In this document: one piece after another, positions 60,163 to 62,630 of the stretch
How the letters are laid out: each line of letters opens with the position of its first letter
How positions within the stretch are numbered: the first letter of the stretch is position 1
Origin: Roseobacter sp.
Lineage (GTDB): Bacteria > Pseudomonadota > Alphaproteobacteria > Rhodobacterales > Rhodobacteraceae
Length of the DNA stretch: 62,630 nt
Direction of reading: 5' to 3'
Assembly (NCBI GenBank): GCA_018500125.2
Contig: JAHBAM020000048.1
Span: forward strand, 1-62,630
Notes under the pieces: model-generated
Seen by the model: only the letters and a program-made list of their open reading frames with translations
Database searches by the model: none
What the model was told of the DNA's origin: nothing
Program-made: the position numbers and the translations under genes

Positions 60163-61138
60163 CGTTGCGCTCCCGCCCTGAAAGCATCCCGACAATCCCC
60201 CCGCGCCCGAACAGCACGATGACGAGCAAAAGCAACCCGAGATAGATATGCCAATACGCGCTGAGGCCGCCGAGCCAATGCTCCAGTCCGACAAACACGA
60301 GCGCGCCGATCACAGGCCCAAAGAGCCGCCCAACGCCACCAATGATGATAAACACCATGATCTCCCCCGAGAGCTGCCAGCTGAACATGGTCGGGCTGAC
60401 AAACCGGTTGAGATCGGCAAACAATGCCCCTGCAAGCCCTGTGATCGCGCCCGAAATCACAAAGGCCACCAGCTTGAGCCGCATCCCGTCCAACCCCACA
60501 GTCTCGACCCGCTGCGGCACCTGCCGCACCGCCCCCAGCGCGAGGCCAAAAGGCGATTTCGCCAGCCGATGCGCCATCAGCAGCGCCAGACCGAGGATCG
60601 CAAGACAGATGCCATAAAACTGGATCGGATCAAGCGTGTCCAGACCGGGAAATCCGTTGCGCACATAGATAGACAGCCCGTCTTCGCCGCCATAGGCCGC
60701 CCAGCTGATCGCGAAGTAATAAAACATCTGGCCAAAGGCGAGCGTGATCATGATGAAATAAACGCCCCCCGTGCGCAGCGAAAGCACGCCGATCAGGAGC
60801 GCCGCCAATGACGCAAGAGCCACCGCACCAAGCCAGATCACCGGCATCGATTTCGTGCCCTCAATAAGCAAGGGCGACTCCATCAGCGGCGTATATGTCT
60901 GCGCATTATAGGCCAGAATGCCCATCGTATAGCCCCCCAGACCAAAAAAGACCGCGTGCCCGAAACTCACCAGACCGCCAAGGCCCAGAGCGATATTGAG
61001 GCCCACAGCCGCCAGCGCAAAAATAGCCGCCCGCGTCATCAGGGTGATTGTGAAAGGCGCATCAGCCCAAAGCGCCCAAGCCGGCACAGCCAGCAGGATT
61101 GCAACAATCACAGCGTTGAGATGGCGCTCCGCGATCAT
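60155..61138 (-). CDS. livM: Branched-chain amino acid-type ABC permease
   Basis: GLVSFGHA.FFG, GVYFIMITLAF, GGEDG, IIGG.G...GP..GA. Confidence 0.9.
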   Translation of the reverse strand: MIAERHLNAVIVAILLAVPAWALWADAPFTITLMTRAAIFALAAVGLNIALGLGGLVSFGHAVFFGLGGYTMGILAYNAQTYTPLMESPLLIEGTKSMPVIWLGAVALASLAALLIGVLSLRTGGVYFIMITLAFGQMFYYFAISWAAYGGEDGLSIYVRNGFPGLDTLDPIQFYGICLAILGLALLMAHRLAKSPFGLALGAVRQVPQRVETVGLDGMRLKLVAFVISGAITGLAGALFADLNRFVSPTMFSWQLSGEIMVFIIIGGVGRLFGPVIGALVFVGLEHWLGGLSAYWHIYLGLLLLVIVLFGRGGIVGMLSGRERNDV

Positions 61139-62055
61139 GCCCGCACCCCGTAAAGCCCGGTTGGCCGCCAGATCAGCACCGCGCCCATGAGGATATAGAT
61201 CGCCATTGACGCCAGCGAGGAGCCGACAGAGGCAGCAACGGCAGGCGTCATAAACAGCCCGAAGAGCTGCGGCAGAAAGACCCCGCCCAGCGTATCTGTC
61301 AGCCCCACCAGAAGCGCACCCACAAGCGCGCCTTTGATCGAGCCGATCCCGCCAATCACAATCACCACAAAGGCCAGAATCAAGACCGGCTCGCCCATCC
61401 CGACCTGCACCGACTGGATCGCGCCAACAAGCGCACCCGCCAAGCCCGCAAGCGCGGCACCCAGCGCAAAAATGAGGGTGTAGAGCCTTGAAATATCGCC
61501 CCCCAAAGCCGCAATCATCTCGCGGTCGTTCTCCCCCGCCCTGATCTGGATCCCGATCCGGGTGCGCGTGATCATCAGGCCAAGCCCCGCCGCCACAAGC
61601 AGGCCAGCCCCGATCAACACGAGCCGATATAGCGGATACTCGATCCCGCCGGGCAGGCTCACAGGGCCGCTCAAATAGGTCGGGATCTGCAAGAACAGCG
61701 GAAACGAGCCGAACATCCAGCGCGTGCCTTCCGAAAAAATCAGAATGAGCGCAAATGTTGCGAGCACCTGATCAAGATGATCCTTGTCATAGAGCCGGCG
61801 GATCACCAGAAACTCGATCAAGGCCCCCGCCGCCGCCGCCGCGGCCATCGCCGCCGCAAGCGCCAACAGAAAAGAACCGCTCGCCGCCGCCACAGCCGCC
61901 GCAGCAAAAGCCCCGACCATATAGAGTGAGCCATGGGCAAGGTTGATCAAGCCCATCACTCCGAAGATGAGCGTGAGACCCGCGGCCATAAGAAACAGCA
62001 TAATGCCAAACTGAAGCCCGTTCAGCACCTGCTCTGCGATTAGGATAAACGACAT
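61135..62055 (-). CDS. livH: Branched-chain amino acid-type ABC permease
   Basis: GLTLIFG...INLAHG, AFVVIVIGG.GS, RPTGL.G. Confidence 0.9.
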   Translation of the reverse strand: MSFILIAEQVLNGLQFGIMLFLMAAGLTLIFGVMGLINLAHGSLYMVGAFAAAAVAAASGSFLLALAAAMAAAAAAGALIEFLVIRRLYDKDHLDQVLATFALILIFSEGTRWMFGSFPLFLQIPTYLSGPVSLPGGIEYPLYRLVLIGAGLLVAAGLGLMITRTRIGIQIRAGENDREMIAALGGDISRLYTLIFALGAALAGLAGALVGAIQSVQVGMGEPVLILAFVVIVIGGIGSIKGALVGALLVGLTDTLGGVFLPQLFGLFMTPAVAASVGSSLASMAIYILMGAVLIWRPTGLYGVRA

Positions 62056-62068
62056 ATGTTTTGCAAAC

Positions 62069-62094
62069 TGGCCGCGCCGGTCCTGACGCGGCCA
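62069..62094 (-). terminator. Hairpin between substrate-binding gene and livH
   Basis: TGGCCGCG-N10-CGCGGCCA just after the substrate-binding protein stop. Confidence 0.45.
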
Positions 62095-62101
62095 AAGTCA
62101 A

Positions 62102-62630
62102 TTACATCTTGCAATCAGCCGCATAGGCGTCGGCATGGTTTTCCAGCGCAGGGCCGATCAGCCTGTTGGTATAGACATCGCCCTCCTTGACCACTTCCCG
62201 CGCATAAATTGTCTGGATCGGGTGGTGGTTGTTGCCAAATTTGAAGGCGCCGCGTGTGCTGTCAAACTCCGCCGCCTTGAGCGCTGCGCGGAAGGCATCG
62301 GCATCGCTCACCTCGGCCTTGTTGAGAGCCGAGATCAACAGGTTCGCCGTGTCAAACCCCTGGCTCGCATAGAGCGAAGGCAGGCGGCCATATTCGGCCT
62401 CAAAGCTCGCTACAAACGCCGCGTTGGTGGGCGTGTCGAGGTCTTTGTTCCACTGCGAGGTGTTCACAACCCCGAGCGCCGCATCGCCCACGGCCTGCAA
62501 AATGCCCTGATCAAACGAAAAGGCCGGCCCGACAACGGGCAGGTCCACGCCTGAGTCCGCATATTGCTTGAGGAAGGCGATCCCCATGCCGCCCGGCAGG
62601 AAGAAAAAGACCGAATCCGCACCGCTCGCG
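62102..62630 (-). CDS. Liv-type ABC substrate-binding protein (C-terminal part; start lies beyond the window)
   Basis: FFLPGGMG..F.KQY, YGRLPSLYASQGFD, RG.FKFG.NHHPIQ; upstream of livH. Confidence 0.88.
   Translation of the reverse strand, partial: ASGADSVFFFLPGGMGIAFLKQYADSGVDLPVVGPAFSFDQGILQAVGDAALGVVNTSQWNKDLDTPTNAAFVASFEAEYGRLPSLYASQGFDTANLLISALNKAEVSDADAFRAALKAAEFDSTRGAFKFGNNHHPIQTIYAREVVKEGDVYTNRLIGPALENHADAYAADCKM

Overview
GC-rich alphaproteobacterial chromosome segment; the gene set points to Rhodobacteraceae/Roseobacter group (inference). It is densely coding. I found no rRNA, tRNA, CRISPR array, transposase or phage gene. Contents: housekeeping genes (recO, mlaA/mlaC, phhB, rsmD, map, sfsA, pyrD, rnr, dapE); an IclR-linked uncharacterised catabolic island (Tm-1/UPF0261 protein, APH-fold kinase, aldehyde dehydrogenase, TctABC, HAD hydrolase, class III aminotransferase); an orphan type I secretion ABC/MFP pair; a beta-oxidation cluster headed by two MerR/LiuR-like regulators; a xanthine-oxidase-family Mo-hydroxylase with its own MoaD/ThiS protein; two MltB-type transglycosylases; and a Liv-type ABC transporter. 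Best leads for new biology: (1) five dispersed, modular multi-hairpin intergenic elements ending in a conserved GGATATTT-N4-AAAGAAAAAG-like tail; (2) a two-gene Hint-domain operon (one intact, one degenerate Hint domain, shared LRPFEA tail) behind a perfect CtrA box; (3) the Tm-1/kinase/aminotransferase catabolic island. All product calls come from motif recognition by eye, without database searches.
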